This document shows, piece after piece, positions 1 to 9,437 of a stretch of DNA of 64,000 nucleotides (position 1 is its first letter; each line of letters opens with the position of its first letter). The notes beneath the pieces were generated by a model, which saw only the letters and a program-made list of their open reading frames with translations, was not told the origin of the DNA and made no database searches. The translations under genes were made by a program, and so were the position numbers. This DNA is from a virus (Duplodnaviria > Caudoviricetes): positions 128,001 to 192,000 of the IMG/VR virus record IMGVR_UViG_3300032281_000616; one strand, 5' to 3'.

Positions 1-156
1 AATAAAAGCGAAATTGTTAAAATCACCAATAGAGGACCATTTATCCGTGGTCGTATTATCGATGTAACGATTGGAGTGGCTAAAAAATTAGACTTTATTA
101 AATCTGGTATTACATCAGTTAAAATCGAGGTAGTTGGTAAAACAAAGATTAAATAA
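1..156 (+). CDS. rlpA: RlpA-like septal ring lytic transglycosylase, C-terminal part (truncated by window edge)
   Basis: Frame 1 reads NKSEIVKITNRGPFIRGRIIDVTIGVAKKLDFIKSGITSVKIEVV, matching the RlpA DPBB signature (V.INDRGPF..GRIIDLS..AA..L...G...V.IEV). Confidence 0.75.
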   Translation, partial: NKSEIVKITNRGPFIRGRIIDVTIGVAKKLDFIKSGITSVKIEVVGKTKIK

Positions 157-207
157 TGTCCGATAGATCAAGTTTTATTTGATCTATTGACCGATATATA
201 AACAATT

Positions 208-408
208 ATGAAAACATTTGAAAAATTTTTTAAAGGAGTTAATTCTGATATCGAGTATAATCCACAGCAATTAAAGATGGGTGTGGACGTTGAGATGGAG
301 CATACGGATAATAAAGAAGTAGCGGAAACGATTGCTAAACAGCATCTAGAGGAAGATCCAGAGTATTACACCAAACTTAAAAAAATGGAGAAAGGATTTG
401 ATAAATGA
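208..408 (+). CDS. small phage protein (DUF5661-like)
   Basis: G.DVEMEHT...A..IA.QHL.E.P.YY.KL pattern. Confidence 0.55.
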   Translation: MKTFEKFFKGVNSDIEYNPQQLKMGVDVEMEHTDNKEVAETIAKQHLEEDPEYYTKLKKMEKGFDK

Positions 409-818
409 AATTTAAAATATGGTTAAATACCCTTGATAGATTCCTAGATGGGTGTGAATGGTATATAAACCCAAGTGGTGAACTCTTCTTTGAGGATTTT
501 ATGAATGGGGAATTGGTAAAGGCAGCGGAGGATTCTTATAAAATATTAAGATATACTGGCTTACATGACCTAAATGGGGAAGAGATTTATGAAGGTGATA
601 TAGTAAAATTATATTATCATCATGAAAGTATTGTAACTAATCAATACGAAATAAAATATGGATGTGGCCGATGGTTACTTGATGATTGGGATTGTTTATC
701 TGATCTATACCTAGATAATACCAAAAAATACGGTGATGTATGTAAAGTTATTAAAGTAGGATCTGTATATAATAAAAATGCGGATCTATTGAATAAATTA
801 ATCCAAACGATTAAATAG
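405..818 (+). CDS. YopX family protein
   Basis: MKFKIW...YTGLHDLNGEEIYEGDIV motif. Confidence 0.75.
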   Translation: MKFKIWLNTLDRFLDGCEWYINPSGELFFEDFMNGELVKAAEDSYKILRYTGLHDLNGEEIYEGDIVKLYYHHESIVTNQYEIKYGCGRWLLDDWDCLSDLYLDNTKKYGDVCKVIKVGSVYNKNADLLNKLIQTIK

Positions 819-826
819 TAATACTT

Positions 827-1393
827 ATGAGTAATGAAATTATCCGAGTCTCAGATCAAGATTTTTCCATAGAGGAATGCTGGATTGATGTCTCTGGATA
901 TGAGGGTCTTTATATGGTTTCTAATCTCGGAAGAATAAAATCCCTCAATTATAAAAAGGGTGGATATTCTAATATCATGTCATCTTCCCCCACTTTAAAA
1001 AAATATCATCGAATTAAACTATCTAAAAATAATACATCATGCACCAAAAGTGTTCATAGAATAGTGTTGGAAAGTTTCGAACCAACCAACGATAATTCTC
1101 TTATAATCAATCACAAAAACGGAATTAAAGACGATAATAGATTATCTAATTTAGAGTGGGTGACATATAAACAAAACATTAGACACGCTGTTGATGTATT
1201 GGGGAGAAGAATTGGTCCTATAAAAGGTGTTCAACAATTGTCAACGAATGGAGAAATTTTGAAAGAATGGGATTCTATAACAGACGCCAGTAAGTCGTTG
1301 GGGATATATCATTCGAGTATTTCGCAATGTTGTAATGGGAGCGTTATTAGAAAAACGTGTGGTGGATTTAAATGGAAATTTTTAAATAATTAA
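827..1393 (+). CDS. NUMOD4-HNH homing endonuclease with C-terminal NUMOD1-like domain
   Basis: EECWIDVSGYEGLYMVSNLGRIKS (NUMOD4); INHKNGIKDDNRLSNLEW (HNH); CCNG...KTCGGFKWK. Confidence 0.9.
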   Translation: MSNEIIRVSDQDFSIEECWIDVSGYEGLYMVSNLGRIKSLNYKKGGYSNIMSSSPTLKKYHRIKLSKNNTSCTKSVHRIVLESFEPTNDNSLIINHKNGIKDDNRLSNLEWVTYKQNIRHAVDVLGRRIGPIKGVQQLSTNGEILKEWDSITDASKSLGIYHSSISQCCNGSVIRKTCGGFKWKFLNN

Positions 1394-1396
1394 AAT

Positions 1397-1597
1397 ATGA
1401 ATATAATTAGATTAAGTGAAAAAAGTGTTAAATTGTGTTGTAATAAACGAAACTGCCCAATTGTGACTGATATTGGTGATGGTAAGGTAGAAATTACAGA
1501 CGATTATGGTAATAAAATAATTGTCAAAAAAGAGGAAGCTCTACTCTTATCAGATGGTGTTAAAACATTAAACGGAGAAAAACTTTTGCTTGGCTGA
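1397..1597 (+). CDS. hypothetical protein
   Basis: 66-aa ORF preceded by TAAATA. Confidence 0.65.
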   Translation: MNIIRLSEKSVKLCCNKRNCPIVTDIGDGKVEITDDYGNKIIVKKEEALLLSDGVKTLNGEKLLLG

Positions 1598-1880
1598 TTT
1601 AATTTTAATTAGTGGGTCCATGATTGGACTGTGTTTGATAATCAAATATAGCACAATCCTAAATTATCCACGCAACATTATAAAGAAAAACAATTTTTTT
1701 AAAGAATTAATCGAATGCGCACAATGTTTAGGATTTTGGATAGGACTCTTTTATGGGCTATTGTTGACAGGTTCAGTTTTATGTTCCTTGGTATTAGCCT
1801 TCTACTCCTCCTGCATATGCTGGTTCGGTGATCATATAATGATGGTAATTTGGAAATATCTATACCCAGATGAAGACTGA
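1590..1880 (+). CDS. small membrane protein with CxxC (DUF1360-like)
   Basis: Hydrophobic segments and ELIECAQCLGFWIG. Confidence 0.5.
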   Translation: MADLILISGSMIGLCLIIKYSTILNYPRNIIKKNNFFKELIECAQCLGFWIGLFYGLLLTGSVLCSLVLAFYSSCICWFGDHIMMVIWKYLYPDED

Positions 1881-2105
1881 ATGTAGATGTGACACCCCTA
1901 AAAATCATATAATATATATCTCCGAATATGGGGAGAATAATATGTTAGAATTGCAACAGATCGAGGTCTGTGATTCTTGTAAGGAGATGTATGATAGTCT
2001 GGGTCTATCACTTACAGATTTTGAGATTAAGAAGTATTTTGGTTGATTGACTTTATAAAAAACTAGGATATATTGTAGTTAAGTCTTTTTGACACATCTC
2101 AAAAA

Positions 2106-2113
2106 TATAAATA
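2106..2113 (+). promoter_or_regulatory. T4-type late promoter TATAAATA
   Basis: Exact TATAAATA 5 nt before ATG 2119; TAAATA also precedes starts at 827, 1397, 4367, 5209, 6939, 22503, 31845, 37697, 40597, 49812, 53257, 55891, 59720, 61854, 63864. Confidence 0.7.
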
Positions 2114-2118
2114 ACTAT

Positions 2119-2883
2119 ATGACAAAATTTCAAGAATTTTATGAAAAGTTTTCTAGGGGAGAATTATCACCAATAAATAAAAGAAGAAAATTATTAATCG
2201 AATCTCAGTATGTATATCCATCATCTGGAGATAAAGCCATTATGGATCTATACGCTTTATATGCTTTGTGGTGGGAACTTGGGGGTGGTAAAACAGCATA
2301 CGATCAAGCCGAAACTAATATAAGACCACATAAAGTTCGGGAGAGAATCAATAGATATTTTGAGGAAGCTCTGGCAGTAATTTCTAATGTTCTTCTGGAC
2401 GAAACCAAAGACGCAATTGCAGATGAAGCAGAAAACATATTCGATGAATATTTGATACCATCTACTGAAGTTGTTAAATGGTTCAAGAGTAATGCACTTC
2501 TTCCGAAATTAGCTAAAGCTTATAATGATGGATCTGGAGATGTATGGTTTAATGTATTTGATTATGGAGAAACCATACATATTTTATCTGCACCATTTTG
2601 GGAAGAATATGCTGATTTGTATGGGGGTAAGAAATGGAGTGTTATAACCCAAGTCACCAAGGAGTTAGATAATGCGATTAGAAGGGATAATACCCTAGCG
2701 TTAATGCATACCTTCGACAAATTCATGGATCTCGAACACAATACAGGTTCTCTTTATTCTAAATTGAAAAGAATGAAAGTGTCTAAGGAAACTCTGGATT
2801 TAAGAGCGGGATTCAGATCTCCTAAAGATTTCACACCTTATGTTAGTGATCGAGTAAAAAAACTAATAGGGTTAATGAGATGA
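2119..2883 (+). CDS. hypothetical late protein
   Basis: Long ORF; start moved to ATG 2119 (MTKFQEFYEK) behind the late promoter. Confidence 0.7.
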   Translation: MTKFQEFYEKFSRGELSPINKRRKLLIESQYVYPSSGDKAIMDLYALYALWWELGGGKTAYDQAETNIRPHKVRERINRYFEEALAVISNVLLDETKDAIADEAENIFDEYLIPSTEVVKWFKSNALLPKLAKAYNDGSGDVWFNVFDYGETIHILSAPFWEEYADLYGGKKWSVITQVTKELDNAIRRDNTLALMHTFDKFMDLEHNTGSLYSKLKRMKVSKETLDLRAGFRSPKDFTPYVSDRVKKLIGLMR

Positions 2884-4367
2884 TTGGAAGGAATCATTTG
2901 TTTAGCCTTCTTGAGAACATCCTGCTCTGAGATTTCTCTACCACTTAATAACATCTCAGCCACCCAATCTTGTAATTTGGGTAAATACATACCGATCTGT
3001 TTGGGGTTTGTTTTGAATTGTGGAAACCATTGCATCATTTTATTACCATTAGCATACTGAGCTATTTGTTTTTTCAGAGCATCAGCACCTCCCGGAACTG
3101 TGTTTAGTTTAGCTTCTGCTCTCTCAATCTTATCCATAAACTCTTGTTTATCAAATAGACCGGGACCACGAGAAGCTTCATCACAATATGCCACAGCCTT
3201 AACAGTCTCCCATGAAGGATCATGAATCAATTTTCTGAGAGTCTTTATATTGAGTGTATCTAGATTATGAACCATCATATGTTTAGCTACAGCATCAAGA
3301 ATGTTCTTTTTATCATTCGGTCCTAGTTTAGCGAATCTCATTCTTTTGAAGATTCCCTCAACAATAGGAACACCAGCAGCTTCATGACCATAATATGTAG
3401 AATGTCCATTCTTTTCACCTCTAGTTGTAGCTTTTCCAAAGTCGTGGAAAAGAACAGCTAAGTTAATCACAGGATCACTATAAGGTGAAACTTTTAAGCA
3501 TTCGTGAATGTGACCAAGAACTTTACTCTCCCCTTCTGGATGATATTTCGGATTATGCATCATTCCATCCATCGCATGAAACTCTGGAAGAATATCTTGT
3601 AATATTCCAGCTTCAGTAAGCTTACTTAAAAAGTTTGATAGAGTTCTTCCTGATTTGGCTGCTTTAAACATTTCTTGAGAAATACTCTCCATAGAAATCA
3701 GAGAAGAATCTTGTAACAAGTGCTTCAATTCTTTAGCAGCTTGTAGAGTCTCTGGCTCAATATCAAAGTCCATCTTAGCTGCGAATCTGAAGACACGAAG
3801 CAAACGGGTAGCATCCTCCTTAAACCTCTCTCTAGGATTACCAACTGCACGAATTAATTTATTCTGAAGATCCTGTAAACCACCCTGATAATCTACAATC
3901 CTACCACGATGATCAAGACCAAAACTATTGATAGTAATATCCCTACGTTTGGTATCCGTTTCAAAACTATCAACCTCTACAGAAACATTACTCTGTCTTC
4001 CCATTTCAGTTTGAGAATCTTCCCTAAATTTAGCTAAGTCATAAGCATAGTTGTTATATAGGATAGTATAAACTGGTTGAGAATCATTCTTTGATATATT
4101 ACGCAACTCAAAATGTTGAGACAAATCCTCGAAGGGGATATTAGTTGCCATATCAACATCATCGATCTCGTTACCCATAATAAGGTCACGAGGAACACCA
4201 CCAACAATATAAATCTCTCCAGAAGGAAACAGATCAACAATCTTGTTCATCAGATTCAAGGCTACTCGGAGTTCTTCAGAAGATGAGATAGCCTTATTCC
4301 ATTTCTCTGAAAAGTCATCTAGATTATTATTGACTGATTCGAAGAAGAATTTTTTGAATGGGATCAT
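2838..4367 (-). CDS. cca: CCA-adding tRNA nucleotidyltransferase with HD domain
   Basis: YIVGGVPRD...DDVDMAT, DTKRRDITINS, RFKEDATRLLRVFRFAAK, then HIHE...VLFHDFGK (HD). Confidence 0.92.
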   Translation of the reverse strand: MIPFKKFFFESVNNNLDDFSEKWNKAISSSEELRVALNLMNKIVDLFPSGEIYIVGGVPRDLIMGNEIDDVDMATNIPFEDLSQHFELRNISKNDSQPVYTILYNNYAYDLAKFREDSQTEMGRQSNVSVEVDSFETDTKRRDITINSFGLDHRGRIVDYQGGLQDLQNKLIRAVGNPRERFKEDATRLLRVFRFAAKMDFDIEPETLQAAKELKHLLQDSSLISMESISQEMFKAAKSGRTLSNFLSKLTEAGILQDILPEFHAMDGMMHNPKYHPEGESKVLGHIHECLKVSPYSDPVINLAVLFHDFGKATTRGEKNGHSTYYGHEAAGVPIVEGIFKRMRFAKLGPNDKKNILDAVAKHMMVHNLDTLNIKTLRKLIHDPSWETVKAVAYCDEASRGPGLFDKQEFMDKIERAEAKLNTVPGGADALKKQIAQYANGNKMMQWFPQFKTNPKQIGMYLPKLQDWVAEMLLSGREISEQDVLKKAKQMIPSNHLINPISFFTRSLT

Positions 4368-4372
4368 ATCGG

Positions 4373-5209
4373 TTATTTAATAGATTTTGGAATAGCAATA
4401 TCATTACCAAATCCTTGTAATTTATTCATATCTACTTTACATGGAATAATACCTCTATATTTTTCCTTATATTCCTTAAGAGGTTTTGCGTAATTTGCTT
4501 TATACCACCATACTAATTTTCCTTGAACTATATCAGAATGTTTTAGTTCTAAATTTTCTACGATCCAGCCTTCTTCCATAGATTCTCTAATAGCAGCTTC
4601 CATAGGATCTTCACCCGGATCAACCTTACCTCCCGGTAAACCATATTTTCCGTTACCATCATCATCAGATTTTCTATCCGATGGTCTGGTAGTCGCGGCT
4701 ATCTTCCCATCGGGAAACTGATAAACCACGAATACAGCAAATGGTGATTTAGTGAATTCTTCGTCCTCGTCATCCGAACTATACATATATGGATTTTCAT
4801 CCTCGTCCATCATCCAATTTCGGGAAGTATACATACTAGGCAATTCAGGATACAATTCCTTCAAATACTTTAACGTTTTTCTTTGCCCAGTTGACATATC
4901 ATTATTAATCGTTTCACAATGTATTTGATTTGTAGGTTCTACAACAATCCTAGCCCAACCTTTTTGTAGTAGAATTTTACTCATATTATCTTCATCATAC
5001 TCAGATAATATTTTACCATGCCTAACTAATCGCCTAGCTGCATTCTCATGTTCTGCCCATTTCCATACAGTTTCAAGATTTCCATGCCTATCCATCCAAA
5101 AACCATACGGTGGAGATTTTGGGATTTTTGATAAAGATTTTATACTTGGTGTATTAACTTCATAATTTTGTTCTTGTAAGAGTGTAAAATATTTTTTGAA
5201 GGTGATCAT
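4373..5209 (-). CDS. NUDIX hydrolase fused to an uncharacterised N-terminal domain
   Basis: Nudix box GLPGGKVDPGEDPMEAAIRESMEEG. Confidence 0.85.
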   Translation of the reverse strand: MITFKKYFTLLQEQNYEVNTPSIKSLSKIPKSPPYGFWMDRHGNLETVWKWAEHENAARRLVRHGKILSEYDEDNMSKILLQKGWARIVVEPTNQIHCETINNDMSTGQRKTLKYLKELYPELPSMYTSRNWMMDEDENPYMYSSDDEDEEFTKSPFAVFVVYQFPDGKIAATTRPSDRKSDDDGNGKYGLPGGKVDPGEDPMEAAIRESMEEGWIVENLELKHSDIVQGKLVWWYKANYAKPLKEYKEKYRGIIPCKVDMNKLQGFGNDIAIPKSIK

Positions 5210-5214
5210 ATCAG

Positions 5215-6939
5215 TTATTTAATTCTACTCAATAATTGAGAAAAGGTTTTTATTTTGCTTTCTTTAAATTGGAAGTATCCTTGTTCTGGGGGAGATTTTC
5301 TAGAGCGTAATGTGAGAACTGGAATTTCTTCTCGACCAGTTTGAACAGCACCAGAATGTAAGTAATTATAGAAATTGTTTATTTGATTTTGATAATCGTC
5401 AAAATGAATATTTAAAGATTTGAATATTTTAAAATCTCTCAAATAATTATCAAGAGACATATCTTCATCAAATGAAGGAATATATGAAATAACTATTTTC
5501 CCTCGTTCTTCTTCCACATATATATGATTAACGTTTTTTCTAATGGGTGAGAAAAATTTCTCTTCCAAGGCTGCTTGTTTAATTCTCATATTTCTGTCTT
5601 CTGGATATGTTTTCACTGGATTGTCGAATGTCAACACGAAAAAATTTGATCTTTTTCTCTCTGTCTTTTCGAAGGTGTTTCGGTATTTATCTGAAACAAT
5701 ATTATCCAAAACTTTATTTTTAAAGGTTTTCCATGAAGATGAGATATAGCCTTTCTCTAATAGATTTTCATTTAAACGCTCTTCGAATTTTTCTATATCA
5801 CTTTCATAACTATCATCGTAATTCCTCAAGTCATCTAAAAAAGACCTTAGTTTATCCATTCTGGTTTTAGATCGATAATCTGATTGGCTATCATACTCGA
5901 TAGTAACATTTACCCCATCTTCTGAAAAATTATCGGAATACAAATAATCTGGATATATATTAATATCATTCAGAGCATTTTTTACTATCTCTATAAAATC
6001 TCTATCATCAAAATAATCTTCCAGTCCTTCAAAATTATAAGTGATAAATCCAATAGCATTATAATACTCATCAGATATATCATCTGTATTCAAATGATAA
6101 TGTTTAAAATCGTATTGAGAAACTAAATCATTCAATTGTTTTTCAACATACTCAGCGATAATTCCATCGTATCCCTCACCGACCCGTTCATTATAACTAA
6201 CTAAAGCGTCCTCAGAATTATCATTAGCCACTACATATTTGGTCATCTTTTCAGTCTCCATCATGTCAATCTGATTCTGATTCAGAGATGTATCGCGGTC
6301 TTGAACATCCATGCATTGATTAGAGTCCAAATGAAGTAAAGTATATGGTTCATCATTTTCTGTGAAATAATAATACGGAGCACCATAATTATCAAAGTAT
6401 CGAGGATCTTTGACACACCACTTCGTATTACGAAAATGTTTAGCACCAGCTTCAGATTCGGTAACTACATACAATTTATATTCATCATACTCCTCCATTA
6501 GAGTAATACCTTTCTCCTTCTCCCTTACCATCTCACCCTTGGTCTTAATACCCGAAAACTTATCAACCACTTCAGCTAAGTCTCCATAAGATTTAAAACG
6601 ATTTATGTCCCTATACTCTGCTGGAAATTGAGGTTTTATTTTAAGAGTGGTGAATAGTTTTAGAGTGTTGTTTACTTTATCCGAATCTTCTTCCCCTCTC
6701 AAAATACCGTTCTTAAACATCTTAAGAATCCAATTCAGGTACATTCCATTAGGGGATGGATCAAACATCTCGGAAACCCACCGAATAAAGTCGGCTTTAT
6801 TGTCATCGTTTTCAATCTTAAAACCACCTATATTGTTTGATAAAGGAACCAAGGATAAGAGCTTTGGTATTTTTTCTTCCACGCCTTCTTCTAATAAAGT
6901 CGAATAAATGTCGGATAATTCACACAAGGATAAATGCAT
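5215..6939 (-). CDS. large hypothetical late protein
   Basis: About 574-aa ORF; DINRFKS/TKWCV segment typical of jumbo-phage proteins; TAAATA before ATG 6939. Confidence 0.75.
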   Translation of the reverse strand: MHLSLCELSDIYSTLLEEGVEEKIPKLLSLVPLSNNIGGFKIENDDNKADFIRWVSEMFDPSPNGMYLNWILKMFKNGILRGEEDSDKVNNTLKLFTTLKIKPQFPAEYRDINRFKSYGDLAEVVDKFSGIKTKGEMVREKEKGITLMEEYDEYKLYVVTESEAGAKHFRNTKWCVKDPRYFDNYGAPYYYFTENDEPYTLLHLDSNQCMDVQDRDTSLNQNQIDMMETEKMTKYVVANDNSEDALVSYNERVGEGYDGIIAEYVEKQLNDLVSQYDFKHYHLNTDDISDEYYNAIGFITYNFEGLEDYFDDRDFIEIVKNALNDINIYPDYLYSDNFSEDGVNVTIEYDSQSDYRSKTRMDKLRSFLDDLRNYDDSYESDIEKFEERLNENLLEKGYISSSWKTFKNKVLDNIVSDKYRNTFEKTERKRSNFFVLTFDNPVKTYPEDRNMRIKQAALEEKFFSPIRKNVNHIYVEEERGKIVISYIPSFDEDMSLDNYLRDFKIFKSLNIHFDDYQNQINNFYNYLHSGAVQTGREEIPVLTLRSRKSPPEQGYFQFKESKIKTFSQLLSRIK

Positions 6940-6953
6940 AATAGTATTTATGC

Positions 6954-6981
6954 TTGACTTAAGCAAAATCGATGGTATAAT
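6954..6981 (+). promoter_or_regulatory. sigma70-type promoter, leaderless
   Basis: TTGACT-N16-TATAAT with extended TG; ATG 6 nt downstream. Confidence 0.7.
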
Positions 6982-6987
6982 ATACTC

Positions 6988-7638
6988 ATGCCTTATTTAA
7001 ATCACAACGTTCCAACAATCACCTGCCTGATTCGCAATCAATATCTTTTTAATCATGAAAGCGGCCATGGTGAATACTCGCTGTGTGATGTGCATAGTGT
7101 TGCCTCTATGGAAAAAAGAGTTCCCCTATTCGAAGCATTTTTAACAAATGGTGTGAACTGGACTAGAAGACCAATTACCGCTTTTTGTTGGAAAGAATGT
7201 GAACCTGTCAACTTAGAGGAAGCAATGTATTGGGATTGTTTCAGCCCATATATAGATGTAAACGTGAGAGCAAGAATGAAAAACCTAAGAGCGAAACTTA
7301 TCACCCCAAGTAATGAGAAAAAATGGGGAGAATATATGATGACTCTCGATTGGGGGTGGGAAAATAAAGCAATGATTGATACGAATTTTAGCGAAACTCC
7401 AGAACATAAGTGTGGACACTTATTTAAAATGGATAATGGTAATTTTTATATCTACCCAAATAATAGAATTATATGGCATGATGATGCATGGGTCGATACT
7501 CCACTCGATAAAAATCCCAATTACAAAATTGATCTAACCGTATATAGCGTAGAAAACAAACGACATCAATTCACAGATGATAGCTATATGACCGAATTTA
7601 AAAACACCCCACCTTCAAAAAACACTGAATTGGAATAA
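6988..7638 (+). CDS. conserved phage hypothetical protein
   Basis: MPYLNHNVP...IRNQYLF...HGE...RRPITAF resembles a protein common in aquatic T4-like phages (recalled, not searched). Confidence 0.7.
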   Translation: MPYLNHNVPTITCLIRNQYLFNHESGHGEYSLCDVHSVASMEKRVPLFEAFLTNGVNWTRRPITAFCWKECEPVNLEEAMYWDCFSPYIDVNVRARMKNLRAKLITPSNEKKWGEYMMTLDWGWENKAMIDTNFSETPEHKCGHLFKMDNGNFYIYPNNRIIWHDDAWVDTPLDKNPNYKIDLTVYSVENKRHQFTDDSYMTEFKNTPPSKNTELE

Positions 7639-7723
7639 ATGTAATGCGTTGCTGTGGCGATATCATGGATAATAAAAAAATCCTATATAAAATGAAAAAA
7701 AAAATACAAAAAAATTTTTTAAG

Positions 7724-7813
7724 CTATACAGGAAAATTGAGAAAATTTATTAAAAAATATATTTTTCTATACAGGAAAATTGAGAAAATTTATTAAAAAA
7801 TATATTTTTCTAT
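7724..7813. repeat. perfect 43-bp tandem duplication, AT-rich
   Basis: CTATACAGGAAAATTGAGAAAATTTATTAAAAAATATATTTTT at 7724 and 7767, plus CTAT. Confidence 0.95.
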
Positions 7814-7866
7814 GGCCCCCTCCCCATCCATAAAACACTAGCATACCTATCCAATTCCTAACGCAA

Positions 7867-7898
7867 GCATACTCTAGTGTTTCATCACTAGAGTATGC
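7867..7898. repeat. perfect 13-bp inverted repeat containing the promoter box
   Basis: GCATACTCTAGTG-tttcat-CACTAGAGTATGC. Confidence 0.9.
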
Positions 7899-7899
7899 A

Positions 7900-7928
7900 G
7901 GGGCATCGATCATTACAACCGATGCCCC
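7900..7928 (-). terminator. GC-rich hairpin at the end of the minus-strand gene array
   Basis: GGGGCATCG...CGATGCCCC stem. Confidence 0.6.
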
Positions 7929-7939
7929 TTCCTAGTGTT

Positions 7940-8161
7940 TCAACTCCAGAGGAGTTCGTTGAGTTCGAACTGGTCAACCTTGCGCACGTTGCAGGCAGCG
8001 GCGGACCTCCTTTGTTGCGGGCTCCAAGGCTTAGGGCCGAAGGCATCATGGAAAGCCTCCTCTTCACTGTCACCATGCCCTAGTAGGCACTGGCGTTTGA
8101 GATACGCGGAGCGTTTGGTGATGACATAGGCGGCGGTATCAGGCGTTAATGTGGTGGACAT
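7940..8161 (-). CDS. hypothetical early protein
   Basis: ATG 6 nt after TAGAAT of the motif; stop overlaps the next motif. Confidence 0.75.
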   Translation of the reverse strand: MSTTLTPDTAAYVITKRSAYLKRQCLLGHGDSEEEAFHDAFGPKPWSPQQRRSAAACNVRKVDQFELNELLWS

Positions 8162-8198
8162 GATTGAATTCTATTCTAGTGTTTCAAACGGAAAGGGG

Positions 8199-8347
8199 TG
8201 GCCTCGCGGGGAATCGAACCCTCATAATCTGTCCGGGGGTAGCTATTCCCCATCTCCACCTCACGCTTGCAATCGCTGGCGGTTGATTATGTTTTTCCTA
8301 GCCCTCTTCAAGGGCTACCCGCACCGAGCGGAAAAGGCATTTAAGCT
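8199..8347 (-). ncRNA. candidate structured ncRNA ending in a T-loop-like GGTTCGATTCC
   Basis: Lies between two promoter motifs with no useful ORF; TAGCCCT/AGGGCTA hairpin; 3' GGGTTCGATTCCCCGCGAGGCCA. Confidence 0.4.
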
Positions 8348-8373
8348 ACTTACATCCTATCTTAGTGTTTCAT

Positions 8374-8457
8374 CCGCTGGGTGGCTTCGTCACTCTCCTT
8401 GGCAATGACTAGCAAGTGGAGTAAAAAGGAACGGGTGAACTATCGCCACCCAGCGGC
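8374..8457 (-). ncRNA. candidate 84-nt rod-shaped ncRNA
   Basis: Starts at the predicted TSS; termini CCGCTGGGTGGC/GCCACCCAGCGG are a perfect 12-bp stem. Confidence 0.55.
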
Positions 8458-8492
8458 ATCATCATTCTGCTCTAGTGTTTCATCCTCTGAAG

Positions 8493-8569
8493 CACTTTCG
8501 AAAGCTCTTAGAATCGCTTCCAAGCTCTCGAAAGTGCCGCCCCTTGTCCGGGTTAGGGACAAGGGGCGG
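8493..8569 (-). terminator. two tandem strong hairpins downstream of the 166-aa gene
   Basis: 13-bp CCGCCCCTTGTCC/GGACAAGGGGCGG stem (8537-8569) and long CACTTTCGA/TCGAAAGTG stem (8493-8536). Confidence 0.55.
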
Positions 8570-8584
8570 GAAGGGCTTGGAGGG

Positions 8585-9085
8585 TTATTCCGCTGCGGTT
8601 GCGGGGGCGGTTGCAGTCGCCACCATTGCGGCAATCGCATCTTCAGACAATCCAAGGGCCGCGCCATACTTACGAATTTGAGCAACCAACCCATCGATGG
8701 TCGGCGTCTTGCTAACGGTTTCAGAATAGTCGCGAACCTTAATCGCTTCCCATGCCTCCCCGATCAAATCCTTGGTTTCGAAAACAGGGTTGCCGTCCTC
8801 ATCCAAGGCTTGCACCTCAACAGCTTCCCCATCGACTTCGACCGATTCCATCACTGGCACGGTTTTGAAGCGGCGATCCGTTGCGACCTTGTAAAGCACC
8901 TCAAAGCACTCTTTTTCAGACATAGGGATGGGAGGGGCCTTGGCAACGGCAGCGGGGCGGGTGAAGCCCTTGCGGAGTTCAGTGGCCTCATTTTTGAGGT
9001 TTTCTGTGATTCCGAACGTGAATTGAACGGGCTTCTTAGCAGTTGCGGTTGGGGCGGCGATAGGGGTAGTAGTGGTGGTTTGCAT
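8585..9085 (-). CDS. hypothetical early protein, Ala/Thr-rich, GC-rich codons
   Basis: 166-aa ORF behind the motif at 9104. Confidence 0.8.
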   Translation of the reverse strand: MQTTTTTPIAAPTATAKKPVQFTFGITENLKNEATELRKGFTRPAAVAKAPPIPMSEKECFEVLYKVATDRRFKTVPVMESVEVDGEAVEVQALDEDGNPVFETKDLIGEAWEAIKVRDYSETVSKTPTIDGLVAQIRKYGAALGLSEDAIAAMVATATAPATAAE

Positions 9086-9437
9086 AACGTCTATATTCTA
9101 TCTTAGTGTTTTATTCGACTTGCTTCTTTCGAGAGCTTCCCGCATCCTTTCTGGTAGGATGAACCATTTCGTGCTTTCATTCTGTCCTAGTGTTTAATGC
9201 TCTTTGCTTTCGAGGTAGGCATCCAATAGGGCATCGTTCTTTTCGGTGGAGTCGGTGGGAATCATGATGATCATGCCCCTTCATTCTGCTCTAGTGTTTC
9301 AACGACCCACTCACCCGCTTTTTTCATTCCCTTATGTATAGGATGGGAATCGGGGGCGTTTTCTAAATATACGGCGAAACAAATCAGGAGAATTATGGCG
9401 GAAAGATATTTCATCCCCTCTATTCTATCCTAGTGTT

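Noticed and set aside
7895-9106. Plus-strand ORFs in the GC-rich island (7895..8083, 7935..8129, 8151..8408, 8381..9106, 8475..8681)
   Set aside because: They are antisense shadows of GC-rich minus-strand units; the promoter boxes within the island point to the minus strand.
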